A DNA stretch of 64,000 nt, taken from positions 36,766,001 to 36,830,000 of the forward strand of contig OZ024746.1 of NCBI GenBank assembly GCA_964016885.1, written 5' to 3'. The position numbers were made by a program, and so were the translations under genes. Each line of letters begins with the position of its first letter. The first letter of the stretch is position 1. The notes under the pieces were generated by a model, which was not told where the DNA came from, did not search any database, and saw nothing but the letters and a program-made list of their open reading frames with translations. Positions 46,200 through 59,799 of the stretch are shown here, in pieces. This DNA comes from Eledone cirrhosa. Its lineage: Eukaryota.

Positions 46200-49100
46200 G
46201 TGCCACACTAAAATCACCGGTGGTTATGTAACCATACATTAAACAATCCTCGATAAGAGTGTTTAAATGTCGAACCTAAACAGTTCGAATAACGGTGAAG
46301 TGGAGACTGGAATGTCATGTGACAGACTCTCTCCCAGCAGGTGCTCCCTGGCTCAGCAGTAGGGACCTGGCTGTCAACCAAATACTGCTGGTGTTGGAGG
46401 AAGAAGAAGAAGGAAAGGGACCAGGACCAACTGGCCGAAAGAATTGAATAGAACTGTTATGCAATGTTACATGAAGAGTGTCCTCAAGGCGAAAGGCTAT
46501 AGGAGATGGATGCATAACATCTGGAACACGCTGTAACTGGAGGAACTGAGAAGAGAGTTTAGGTTGGAAATGGAGAGTGGAGTGTGCCAGGCAAACGAGC
46601 CAGTGGTAAATCAAGGTGAAGAGGTTGAGAGAACGGAGTAATCATCCGAATCAGACATTGATCTGAATGCTGAAATAAATAATACCTGGAACAATGATAC
46701 GGCCATTGACGAGATGAATGCTGACGGGCTAGGACAAGATTTGGTTGATATCCTAAACTTAGTGGTAGATGGATTGAACAATGATAGTGGGAAACCTATG
46801 AACCTAAGATTTGTAGACAGGAAAAAGTTAAAAGAAACAACAGCTAAGGTAAACAAAGTCATCCCATACCTTGAGGCGAGGAGCCTTCACCAGTGCAACA
46901 ATATCCTCAAATCAACAGCAAATGTGGTGAGGAAATTACTTGGCATTAAAGCGAGAGGAAACAACAAATAAGAAAGATCAGAACCCTGGTGGAAGAAACG
47001 ACTGAATGGTCAAATCAGGGAAATGAGAAATGACATTGGAAAGCTTGAGTCCCTTCTGAATGGGACACTAAAAAAAAAAGACACTAAAAATAGACCGGAA
47101 ATAAAGTACAAAACTAGGAGAAAAAGACTAAATATTATCATAGAGGAACTGAAGCAACGCATTGTAGTAAAGAGTGCAAAAATTAGGCGATACGAGAGAC
47201 GAGTCAGTCAGTATAGACAGAACCGCATGTTTGACAACAACCAGACGATGCTGTTTGGACAGCTTGAAGGGAAAGAAAGAGGTAACGCCTTGATCCCTGA
47301 GTCTGATCAAACTAAGACATTCTGGAGAGGAATATGTGAGGAGGATGTTAAACATAATGAGCAGGCAGTGTGAATTGAGTCAGTACAAAAGGAGATTAGT
47401 CAACAGGCACACCAACAAACTGATTTGAGTATCACAGTTGAAACTATTAAGGGGCAAGCCAAAAAACTAACCAACTGGAAATCACCAGGCCCAGATGGTG
47501 TGCAGGGGTATTGGATAACAAATATAACATCCCTCCACCCGAAACTGACAATCATGTTCAATGACTGCTTGATGTCAGGTGAGGTACTAGAGTTGTTGAC
47601 AAAAGGTACCACAGTTCTGATAATGAAAGACCGAATCAAGAGTAATGATGTTACCAACTATAGACCTATCACATGTCTGTCCGTAATGTGGAAACTGTTG
47701 ACAAGCATTATGTCTGAGGAAATCTATCATCACCTCACCACAAACAACTTGTTATCGGACGAACAGAAAGGATACCGATAGAAGTCACGTGGTACAAAGG
47801 ACCAGTTACTTATTGATAATATGGTAATGAGAAATTAGAAGAGGAGACACACTGGTCTTGCCATGGGATGGATAGACTACAAAAAGGCATTTGACATGGT
47901 GCCTCATTCTTGGATCACCAAAAGCCTGGATATCTTCAAAGTGGCAGATAACATCAGGCAGTTGTTGGGTAAAAGTATGAAGTCCTGGGAAACAGAGTTA
48001 ACATCGACTGGAGAATCCTTGGAAAGCGTTAAGATCAAGAGAGGTATCTTCCAGGGAGATAGGCTGTCCGCTCTGTTGTTTGTCCTTGCCCTGATGCCCC
48101 TGACCAGTGTACTGCGAAAAGTGAGAGCAGGATACAGGTTGGGAAAGGGAGGGCTTACCATCAATCACCTCCTCTTCATGGACTATCTTAAGCTCTTCGG
48201 GAAGAGTGAGAAGGAGTTGGATGTGCTTGTTGACACTGTCCGTATTTTCAGCAGTGATATATGTATGCAGTTTGGTATTAGTAAGTGTGGAGTCATTGTG
48301 ATGAGGAGGGGTAGGTTGAGCAGAAGTAACGGAATCCAGATACCAAAAGGTGAGATGATAAAAGAAATTGACTCTGAGGAAGGATACAAGTATTTGGGCG
48401 TTCTGGAGGCTGATGACACCAAGAACAAAAAAATGAAGGAATTGATAAGAACTGAATACCTTCAGAGAGTAAGGAGCGTATTAAAGTCACATCCGAACAG
48501 TAGGAATGCCATAAGTGCATAAATTCCCGAGCTGTATCTATTATTAGGTACAGTGCGGGAATTCTGAGATGGAATGTTGCTGAACAAAAAGAAATGGATA
48601 GGAAGACTAGGAAGCTATTGACTATCTACAATATGTTCCACACGAGGAGTGGTGTCGATAGACTCTACTTAAGGAGATCTGAGGGTGGAAGAGGTCTTAT
48701 CAGCATAGAGGACTGTGTTCAGATGGAGAAAAGAAACCTACACAAATACGTGACTGATAGTAAGGAGCCAATGCTCAGAACTGTACTGAAGGAGGGGACA
48801 ATAGGCCAGGGGATGTCCAAGGAGGAAATAACATCAAGGAGAAAGAGCAGCCTTCAGGAAAATCACTTCATAGTACCTTCTTTGAGAAAACTGAATTTAG
48901 AGATCCACATGCATGGAACTAGTTGAAAAGAGGAGACCTTAAAAAGGCTACAGAAGGAATATTAATGGCTGCGCAGGAGCAGGCCCTCAAAACGAAGTGG
49001 TTGAAACACCACATTTACAATGAGGAGGCTAGCCCACTGTGCAGGATCTGTGGAGAGAGAGAGAGGAGACTGTGGCTCACATTGTGTCCGAGTGTAAACA

Positions 49101-49720
49101 CCTAGCCCAGACCCACTATAAGGGCTGGAGACACGATGTGATGGGCAGGGTGATCAACTGGCACATATGCAAAGTAAACAATTTACCACATTCTGAGAAA
49201 TGGTATGAGCATAAGCCAGAGGCGGTGATAAAAAACGATCAGGTGAAGGTGCTGTGGGTTTTTAGGATACAGACGAACAAGAAACTGGAACACAATAGAC
49301 CTGACCTGGTGGTTGTGGACAAAGAAAAAAGATCGTGCCTGATTGTGGATGTGGCCTGCCCATTCGACACGAGAGTGCAAGAGAAGGAGAGGGAGAAAAT
49401 TAACCAATACCAGGACTTAAAATGGGAGGAAAAAAGGATTTGGAACTGCCATGAAGTCAAAGTGATCCCGATTGTCATAGGCGCACTAGGGACTCTCTCA
49501 AAACGTTTCCAGGGATGGTTAAAGAAAATTGGCCCCGCCACGCTTTTTGGAACGCTTCAAAAGGCATGCTTGCTTGGAACAGCAAGAAACCTCTGATACG
49601 TCCTGAATATATGAGGCTGCAGGTAGTGACTTGATATTCATTTCAACAAACTTTCCAGTTAACTAACATCAATGACTGAAACTCAAAGAGTAATAACAAA
49701 AATAATAATAATAATAATAA
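46200..49720 (+). mobile_element. R4/Dong-clade LINE family 2, near full length, many stops
   Basis: PWWKKRL, WKSPGPDG, YRPITCL, FQGD, FMDYLKL, EGGRGL, AAQEQAL, CRIC..ETVAHIVSEC, RHD, RPDL..D, GTAR; (TAA)n tail ~49700-49720; 5' end approximate. Confidence 0.92.
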
Positions 49721-49721
49721 T

Positions 49722-49845
49722 AGGTACAATCTCAAAGAGTTTCCAATAATGGTTAAAGAAGATTAGTCCAGCCCCGCTTTTCGGGACACTTTAAAAGGCA
49801 TGCTTGTTGGGAACAGCAAGAACCCTCCGATAAGTCCTGAATATC
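49722..49845 (+). mobile_element. Short 3'-end copy of Dong family 2, in tandem
   Basis: Repeats 49489-49610 (...aaggcatgcttg..ggaacagcaagaa..gtcctgaatat). Confidence 0.85.
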
Positions 49846-49930
49846 AATTACCACTGTGCATTACTGTTGTTTCATTTTGTCGACCCTGTAAGGCAAAGTT
49901 AACCTCGGAGGATTTGAACTCAGAATATAA
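49845..49930 (-). mobile_element. SINE remnant
   Basis: gtgcattactg..gtcgaccc..aaggcaaagttaacctcggaggatttgaactcaga. Confidence 0.7.
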
Positions 49931-50380
49931 AGGGCCATAACTCTATGCTGCAACACATCACAGTTGAATACTGAAGTCTGAATTAGGCTTTCTCATGTAT
50001 CATACCTCTTGAAATAATAATTTAGATTGTATGATATAGCATTTACCATACGGTAGATAAGTTATTCGCTGCCTTGCAGAGTAAACATTGAGCTTCTATA
50101 ATTTTGGGCTTTAGAAGAGATTAGAGAAAGTATATTCTATGTGTGAACTGGTAAACATTTCAACAATGCATATAGTTGTGTATATAGACTATAGAATTCA
50201 AACATTTCAAACTGTTCACCATGTTTCGATTGGATAAATACATTTTGATTAACTAGATTAGTATTCTAATTTAAAATGGAAAGCATTACACAACACATCT
50301 CCAAGATATTTATCACATTAAGCACACACATAGAGCCAGGCACACACACACACACACACACGCATACACACGCATATATG

Positions 50381-50437
<57 letters not shown>

Positions 50438-50463
50438 CATACACACATAAACATATATATATT

Positions 50464-50517
<54 letters not shown>

Positions 50518-52112
50518 AATACACACACATGAACATATATATATATATGTGTGTGTGTGGTGTGTGTGTGTGTGTGCACGTGTGCTTATAGAGGTACCAA
50601 GTATGTCAACAGAATCTAAATCAATAAAAATATTTAGATATATTTTAATCGCAGAAAATATAGCGCTTTAATATATCGACCAACCATCCATATTGCAAGA
50701 TATTTCGGAATTCAATTATTCTCGAGTTTAATTATAACTTTCCATATTCTCACGCTGATTTATTCATGTTTATTAAAAGGATTTATCAAATAGCAAAACA
50801 ATAAAATAAACAACGAGAAAGTAAATATTTATAGAATTGTATATGGTTATGGCGAATGTAACAAAGTATGATTCTTCTTTCATTTTTAGCATGGATGATA
50901 ATGATGATGATGAGAAATAGCTGGAGCAGCAAAGGGAGAATGAGAAGAAGGGATGAGGAGCGGGAAGAGAAGATTTTTAAGTTGATAACAATTTTAATAA
51001 TATAGTATATTATCATTATCAAAATTATTATTAGTACTACTCATGCTGTTCTAATGAATATTATTTTTTTTTTTTTTTGCTGTTTTTGTTGTTCGAAATG
51101 AGTTGTACAGACATGATATTGCAGGCTCCAGTAAGTTTGGTGTTTTCATATATTCAATCGAAATTATTGTTTATTATATGTTTTCTTGCAGACAGGACAT
51201 AAGGCATTAGTCTCTGAGCTGACGAAAGGAGACTCCATACCATTTGAAATTTTCACCTTAAATTTACGCTGAAATATATTTTGCCGACGTCCTTTTCCAG
51301 ATTCAACAGCGATAGAATCATGTCCCGTATGAGTGACTCGGTCGAAAGGTTGACAAAGGCGTTATCACCATAAACATTATAATCAGGACTAGTGTATACA
51401 CCAACAACAACAACCATTTTAGCAGCAGCAACAACGACAACAACACAAGCAGCTGCAACAAATATAACGACAACACAAATCGAAGAATCAGTAACAACGC
51501 CAACGACAAAAACAACAAATGCAACGACATTAACGAGGCTAGTAGCACTAACAACATCAACAGCAATATCAGCAGCAAGAAAGGCAACGAGAACAACAAC
51601 AGCAAACACAACAATGATACAATCTACGACCACAACAAGTTCATAAACATCAGCTGGAACAAAATCATAAGCCCCTTTTTTAGCAAAGACTGATTGAAAT
51701 GTGGAATTATTCCATCCAGAATTGAATGGCATGTGTAAGGAATGTTTGTTGCTACTGTTGCTGCTGCGTTAGATGTCGTTACTATTGTTGTTGGCGTGTT
51801 AGCCTTGATGATTGTAGTGGTGGTGGAAGTGGTGAGGTTATTATCGATCATTAGACGTGAATGCGAGTCAAAGACACATACATCTTGCTGGAAAAAGTGG
51901 CGTGCCGCAACAAATTTTTCTGAACATTGTCACCGACAAAATGAAGCGGACAAATTTCAAATATTTGGGCCAAAGTTCCACATATTATAGGGTCTCCATT
52001 CTTTAAGAAAAATACATATGTATTATCACCCCCACCTTGCAATAAACAAAAGAATAATTCAGCAAATAACGATTTGAACAACTTGAAATAAAAACATACT
52101 GGAGCATATCTC

Positions 52113-52240
<128 letters not shown>

Positions 52241-52884
52241 TATATAAAGAGAGAGACAGAGAGTGAGAGAGTGAGAGATACTTGTGTTGAGGAAGGGAGA
52301 GGGAGACAGATTGTTTCATAGATTTGGAATTATAGATATATAAATATGTATATATATTAACAGTTTCTATTCAGATTTTCAATCCGTTGCGTAATCTAAT
52401 ACATAGCATCACTGTTTTAGGCCAATCAATAAAACAGATAACTGCATCACCAACACATCTAATTCAACGAAATCTTTACCAAAACAACCATAACGACGAC
52501 GTATGGAAATAGGTGATGAAATAATATATATGTATCAAACATATTACATTTTATAAGATTCATATGAGAAACGCATTAAGACAAACCCAACATTGAATGA
52601 AATATAATTTGCAACGCGTAGCAAAATCTGCAAATATAATATATAGCAAATATTTTAGTAACATTTGTTTTCCAGCGTTCTGACCAGTCTTTAAGTCTCC
52701 ATGTGTCCTCAAAATATTTTTATTTTTAGTCCAAATATTCTGAAATACTTTCAATGAATACTCACAAGTGATTATACGTTAGGAAATGTGAAAAGATAGT
52801 GAACAAGTGAGCAATGGTGTAAATAAAACTACAAATATTATTGATTGAATGACAAATGCTACTCACATACACATAGACGCAGAC

Positions 52885-52962
<78 letters not shown>

Positions 52963-52985
52963 CACACAAAGAAATATATGTATAT

Positions 52986-53618
52986 ATGAATCCATATATA
53001 GTGTATTTTTCAATACACTGTATGCTTAATTAAAATCATTTCGAAGACCTTGCGCTATTGTTTTAAAGTAGTGACAGTCTTACTTACTTTAAATGTTCAG
53101 CAAACTAGGGAGATAAAGCTGACAGAGCTCTGTTTCGTACTGATTGGTACTTATCAACGCCAAGTACTTCACCTGTTTGCTGAAAATCATGAAAGTTTGA
53201 TTCTTATAGAATTTCTAGTAATAACCAGGAACTGATTATACAGAGCGATTGCCAGTCAAGCAGATATTGAAAATTAGAATTGGTGCTCTGAAATAGCGAT
53301 ATATATATGAATGAATACATAGTGTATTTTGCAATACAATGTATGCTTAATTAAAAGTATTTCGAATACATTACGCTATTGTTTTAGAGTATTGACAGTC
53401 TCACTTACTTTAAATTTTCAGCAAACAAGGGAGATAAAGCTGACAAAGCTCTGTTTCGTACTGATTGGTACTTATCACAGCCACGTACACCACCTGTTTG
53501 CTGAAAATCATGAATGTTTGATTTCTATAGAATTTCTAGTAATAATCATGAACTGATTATACAGAGCGGTTGCCAGTCAAGCAGAAATTAAAAATTAGAT
53601 TTGGTGCTCTGAAATAGC
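52986..53618. repeat. Tandem direct duplication, ~321-bp period
   Basis: 52986-53298 aligns along its whole length with 53307-53618. Confidence 0.92.
53409..53500 (-). other. Candidate host exon, 92 bp (QTGGVRGCDKYQSVRNRALSALSPLFAENL)
   Basis: ttttcag acceptor, GTAAGT donor and an open frame; the duplicate at 53088-53179 has a TAG stop. Confidence 0.35.
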
Positions 53619-53620
53619 AT

Positions 53621-53831
53621 TTCCGTTGGTTGTTGGTTGGTTCCAAAACCGGACGGTTGTTCATATATTGTCAAATTTATTTCGTTTCATATTCTGTGAC
53701 CTCTTCAGTGACTGGCACAAAAACAAAGAAAATAATCCCTATTCACTGAAGAGGTCACATAATGCGTGACGAAAGAACTATGACAATATATGATCAACCG
53801 TCCGGTTGTGTAACCAACCAACCAACCGGAA
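53621..53831. repeat. Inverted repeat (~90-bp arms), each arm with a hammerhead motif
   Basis: ttccgttggttg..accggacggttg..tgtgacctcttcagtga versus tcactgaagaggtcaca..caaccgtccggt..ccaaccggaa. Confidence 0.88.
53743..53783 (+). ncRNA. Type I minimal hammerhead ribozyme
   Basis: tca-CTGAAGA-g gtcac ataatgc gtgac-GAAA-gaac-TA-tga. Confidence 0.75.
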
Positions 53832-53996
53832 ACTTATAAATTCTTAAATTTATAAATTTAACTTATAATAAATTGGAGTTAAAGCAACTGGTGCGTTTGT
53901 TTCTTATTGTCAACATGACACTCCCAAAACATAACAATATAGGTTTCAGCACACGTTTTCAGATAAAGGATCTTGCTTAACAAATTCGTAAAGGAA

Positions 53997-54088
<92 letters not shown>

Positions 54089-54142
54089 CGGCAATGAATT
54101 AGTTTTGCGAGGTTTTTTATATGAAATCGTGTGTCGAAACAA

Positions 54143-54529
54143 ATATTGTTATACTTGGGGAGGGTCATATTTGTGTAATATTGACAGAATTAATAACAGA
54201 ACATAGTCACTGTTTGGTTGGTTTTCGCTTCTCGCTGTCTTTTATATCGGTAATCTAACTTACTCGGTTCTAATGTTGCCATTGACTGACCGACGGTCAA
54301 AAATACGGATACAATATAGACACAAACACATATATATAGTTTATCATAAATCTTTCGTTGCACATCTGCAACATCGTCAGTGGTGTTATATTTTCCTCCT
54401 GTTGTGTTGTATGTCTACGCCATTTTTATTCAGTATAAAAGACAGCGAGAAGCGAAAATCAACCAAACAGTGAGTGTGTTCTGTTATTAATTCTGGCAAT
54501 ATTACACAAATATGACCCTCCCCAAGTAT

Positions 54530-54537
<8 letters not shown>
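54143..54537. repeat. Inverted repeat, ~104-bp arms
   Basis: 54143-54246 versus 54434-54537; a third diverged homologue lies at ~53900-53990. Confidence 0.88.
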
Positions 54538-54585
<48 letters not shown>

Positions 54586-55499
54586 GTCTGAGCACGCGAG
54601 CTCGTCGATATTTACATTTTTTTTTATTGCTTCACTTAAGGATATAGATAGGAAGACGCTAAAATAGTTTGCTCCCATTTAGTATATCATCTGTCTGCAT
54701 TACTATACTTCAAGTGCAACATTAACATTAAAACAACCATAAAAATCAAGATCAAAATCAATAAATTGAAAATACATAAAACTGAAGCAAACAAATAAAT
54801 CATTACTAAACAGAATAAATTTTACTAGATTTGCATGTTAAGCGAAATAAATAAATTAAAAATATACAAATAAAATTTAAAGTACTGAAGACACACTAAA
54901 CATTAAAAGAAAAACATTTGAAAAGAAAGATTAACAATTTTAACTAATTCAGCAAATTTAATGTCACCAAGTATAGCTGTAGAATTCCCTTGTCTGTTTT
55001 CTTAGCAGTCTCCCAGTCTCCAAATATCTTCAAACCATGTTTGGAAACGAAATGTCAACAAATAGTGTTTATATATCCCCATAAGAGATTTTCCTATAGA
55101 AAATTACAATTTAAAATGAAATGCCTAATAAAATATTAAACTATAATCTCCACACTAAAGGAAATTTTCTTTGGCATAGTGGAAGAAAATAGATAAAAGT
55201 AAATATTTCCTAGTAGAAACACCGTCCTCAAACGTCAGTTTGTGAGAGTGAATATGTTAATGGCCATGTAAGAATTCCATCATTGTGTAGAATATTGAGG
55301 TATTGTACTGAAAGCTTGGAACCGGGAGGCAAGTTATAAAAGAATATTCACTGTGCACACTTCGTAGGTATTTTGGTAATTACATATATAAAGTACATAT
55401 GGTCCGAATAAGCTTTTTAATAAGCAAGGTAGGTTCACTGTGTTCGCTATAATCGACTCTCCTCTCCCAAGGAGTAAGTGATTTGTTCTTACATTAGAA

Positions 55500-55500
<1 letters not shown>

Positions 55501-55530
<30 letters not shown>

Positions 55531-55591
55531 CTTCTTCTTCTTCTTCTTCTTCTTCTTCTTCTTCTTCTTCTTCTTCTTCTTCTTCTTCTTC
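55501..55591. repeat. (CTT)n microsatellite
   Basis: Read directly. Confidence 0.95.
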
Positions 55592-55594
55592 TAT

Positions 55595-56250
55595 TTATAC
55601 CTAGGAGGGTTGGGGTGCAGAGTCATCAAGCACATTTTCCAGCAAATCCTGACAGAAGACACCGTCTCCAAATAATCCGTCAGGATCTCCAAGTGAGACA
55701 AACGACCCCAAATAAGTTATGTAATCATATTGATCGTTGTTTACAGATGAGTCTTCTGCCAGATCGTTTTTGACCGTAAAATACGCCTAGCAATTATTTA
55801 TTGAGACATTCTAACTTCATGTCTATAATATCGGAGCTGTGATGCCTGAATTCGGAGAAGTAGTAGCTAGTAACTGTATTGGCTGTCTGATCTGCAGTTT
55901 TTCAGCCTTCGTGAACACGACCTCAATCCATCATTCGGCAAGACGGTCCAGATGTATGAAGTCTGCCTGCTACTGTGAAATTCCAATCACATCTATAGTG
56001 CACTGCGTAAGTTTCTTTCCGAGGACGGCTGTTTCAGTCTTCGCAGCATTCATTTTCATTTCTGGTATTTATCAAATTTCTCCATTTGTTTTGGGGTGGA
56101 TACCACAAATCTTCCAATGCATCAACTTAGCAACGTCATCGTCTGTTCCCTTCTATTCACTTTTGGCACATTTGGGGCATTCTCTGATTACACCATGTAA
56201 CAAAATCTTTTGTTCTCTGTTCCTGGCTTCTAATCACATTTTTTGTGTTG
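55595..56250 (-). mobile_element. Old LINE remnants (Dong-like and possibly RTE-like)
   Basis: Minus-strand ECPKCAKSE..DDVAKLMHWKIC resembles the Dong CCHC/RHD region; MNAAKTETAVLGK resembles late RT; (GAA)n lies at the 3' end. Confidence 0.35.
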
Positions 56251-56539
56251 CTTAGGTTCCAAATAAATAAAAAAAGTGCTATTAAACAGTTAAAAGTTTG
56301 TAAAAATTCTAAGCTATTCACTAGAATTATTTGTATGCTGGATTTTACGTTGTATGTAAGTTTAATTTGCTTATGTTAAATGATGTTTTTTATATATGTT
56401 TTAGGTTAAATAAAATTATAAAACAAAGAGTAATACCTAAAGAAAATTATAAAAGTGCAATAAAGTATAAAATTGTTAAAACGTGGATTAAAGAGATTTA
56501 TTGTTACTGGATTTTCGCACCCTGAATAAAGGGTAAGTT

Positions 56540-57474
56540 GTGTTTTAAGCATTCGTCTCCAGGATGAAGCAGTGGAACTTCTTCAAAGAGGAAGTGCAGG
56601 TGACAAGTCAGAGAAGTCGACAAGAACCTTTCTCAGGCTATTACACACTTAGGGATGGCCTCTGCTCCTGCCATGACGTGCCTGGACTGTTTGGCGTTAG
56701 TGTGGTGCCGTTTGTGCCCAAGGAGTGGCGGCTATTTATAGACAGCTCCGCCACAAGTGTGAAGGCTGTTCTCCTCCACAATGGAAACAAGTTCCCCACA
56801 CTGCCCCTAGCTCATTCAGTCTGCCTGAAGGAAGATTACTAGATTACTACAGTGTGAAAGTTCTCCTGGAAGTTCTGCAATACAAGCAGTACAATTAGGA
56901 AATCATTGGAGACTTCAAGATGGTGGCTTTCCTGCTTGGACTCTAAGGAGGCTTTATCACATCCCAATGCTTCCTCAGCCTTTGCGACAGCAGACCCACC
57001 TCTGACCACTACAAAAGAAAGAACTGGGAGCAGCGAACATGATTTTTAGTTGGGACCCGGAACGTCATGTGGGAGCCACTGGTTGATCCCAGGATTGTGC
57101 TCATACCGCCACTGCACATTAAGTTGGGGTTGATGAAGCAATTTGGGAAGGCTCTCAATCAAGAATCAGCCGCTTTTAAGTACCTTCTTGAGTTCTTCCC
57201 CAAATTATCTGAGGCCAAGTTCAAAGGTGGAATTGTTGTTGGACCTCAGAGAAAGAAGGTGTTTGAGTCTACCGAGTTCTCCAATAAGCTCAATAGGATT
57301 GAGAGAACAGCATGGAACTGTTTCAAGGCAGTTGTTAAGGGCTTCCTGGGCAACTACAGAGCTGAAAACTACCAGCAACTGGTGCAGGATCTGATAAAGG
57401 CTTTTGGCGCCATGGGATGCAGAATGTCGCTTAAACTCCATATGCTGGACGCTCACCTGAAAAAATTCAAATAA
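56540..57474 (+). pseudogene. Chapaev3-like (CMC superfamily) DNA transposase relic
   Basis: EWRLFIDSS..SVKAVLLHNGN, GDFKMVAFLLG, PPLHIKLGLMKQF, KLSEAK.KGG..VGPQ, MSLKLHML; contains stops and frameshifts. Confidence 0.75.
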
Positions 57475-57488
57475 TTATAATATCATTT

Positions 57489-57615
57489 GCTTCTACATTT
57501 GGCACATGTTCAGCAATTTCAAGGGATACGAAAATTGATTTAATCTACGACAGTACATTAATTGTTATATAGTTTATCTATTCCAGAAAGATACAAGGCA
57601 AAATTAAACTAAGTT
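57489..57615 (-). mobile_element. Degenerate SINE
   Basis: ttctacatttggcaca..cagcaattt..aaggcaaaattaaact. Confidence 0.5.
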
Positions 57616-59689
57616 AGGGGATGAAATACTTATTAATAAGCTTTTGTTTACTAACGATACAATAATAAGTAACAAATTATGAAAATTGCTATAGAGTAAA
57701 TTGAAGAAAATATTCATATAAGGAATATAATTCAAACAATACTTAACAATTAAAAGGCAGCATACAAACTGAACTTCAAACATAATGAGAACATATGGAG
57801 CTAGAAATTACTCACCCAACAATATAGAACGAGGCTAAATATGGCAATCCGTAATTCTGGCTTTTGACAGAAACCATATTGCACATACATGTAATTGAAC
57901 ATTCAGACATTTGTTTAAATTGCTTGTCAGGAACTAAAATTAAAATTGTATATTAATTAGAGATAATTGATCAAAGGAAACCATACAATAGACATGTATC
58001 GTTCTAGAGAGTACTTTAGCGCATATCTACATAGCCCAGTAATGCTCCTTTCTATGTTTTACGAATATAATTTCAATTGATTACACATCATCACGTTTCA
58101 CTAAATTACGCTTGCTCGCATGCGGTTGAGTATATCTTCAAGTTGAAAAGTTTATATATACAAGAGCTGCTTGCGCATCTGTTACTTTGCTATACTTACA
58201 AAAGGATACATCCTGGATTGAGTAAAAAATTACGTTTCACCATACTGATATGGCTTTATTCTCTATTCAATAACTTACAGTCAGCTTGTTTTATTTATTA
58301 ACAGTTTTTCTGTGTTCTCCACTTTAACATCACCTTGCGGGTGGGATACACACTCAAAATAACCCGGTGAAGTTATATAACACCTCACGTTGTTACACCT
58401 CACCAACAGTTCCAGAATCATAAAATTGGTATGTTATCATCAAATGCATCTACCTTATCAGATTAAAAAGGCTCAACATGTTAAATGTGCTGCACCTTCA
58501 AAATTTCCTCTTTCCTAATAAAACCACATATGAAATTATTTTCTTCTTCTTTCACACAAACGCACACACGCACACATACGCATATAAATATGTATGCATG
58601 TGTGCGAAAACGTGTGCTTGCGCGCGCTAGCGCACACGTTTATTTCAAAGATATATTCAATATCTGGTTTTAAAGATATTGATTTCGTTAGATCGTCTTG
58701 TTACAGATTTTCGTTTGCTTGTCAAAGATAACATATCAATAACATTAGTATAGTCAATAATCGCCTCACCAAGAACATTGTGTTTCCTTAACTCTCATAG
58801 TTTGCTGAAAATACATTAATATAATTCTATCTTCAACCGATAGGGCCACTACATGGATATTTCAAAGTCATTGTACTTTTGAAGATATTTCAAAGAACCG
58901 GTGTGGTTATTTCAAAGTCGACGTACTATTAGTTGTTTCAAAGGACAGCTTAGTTGTTTCAAAGTTATCGTAATAATATTGTTCGATAATTCTATTATTC
59001 TATTTAATTTTTTTATAGTGGTTTGGTTTATCATAAAAACGAAAAACTTTTCTGCATATATATATATGGCAAACGAAATTACATGAATGAAAATAGAATA
59101 TTCAAAACGACAAAGACATGTATTATAGAAGAATATATAGATCAATGATTTACTTTTTAAAATAGGCAAGCGTTTATAGATGTATATGAAACCAACGATT
59201 GAGCAGATGGCACAAAATCCTATATAAATATACATAATTTCCTCTCATTGACCACGACTCGGGAATTTTTTTACGCTGCAGAACTAAATTGCCCACAATA
59301 TACAGCATTCCTTACATAGTACATATGGACAAATCTGGCTTTGACATTATCATTATACAGGGGAAAAAAAGCGTATGGAAAGGGTATATTGGTTGGCAGT
59401 AGACAAATAAAGCTCAATGTATTTTTGAAAGCTTAGCCATGTGTTGTGGTTGGCGAAAGAGTGAGAGTGACACATTTCACCACCAACTAATTATATGTTA
59501 CTCTGGTCATCAAAAACAAGACCATATTAAATACCAAGGTTCACTACGCTGAGGAATACAGTGTGAATAGACAAGATCATATATCTAATCACTAACAACG
59601 TCTTAATCGAATACTACATACATATTCATACATATCTCGCTCTATACATACGTACGTACGTATAAACATATAGAGACACACATACACAA

Positions 59690-59799
<110 letters not shown>

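Noticed and set aside
51209-51260. Hammerhead candidate (ctgacga...gaaa)
   Set aside because: No consistent stem I or II pairing around the core.
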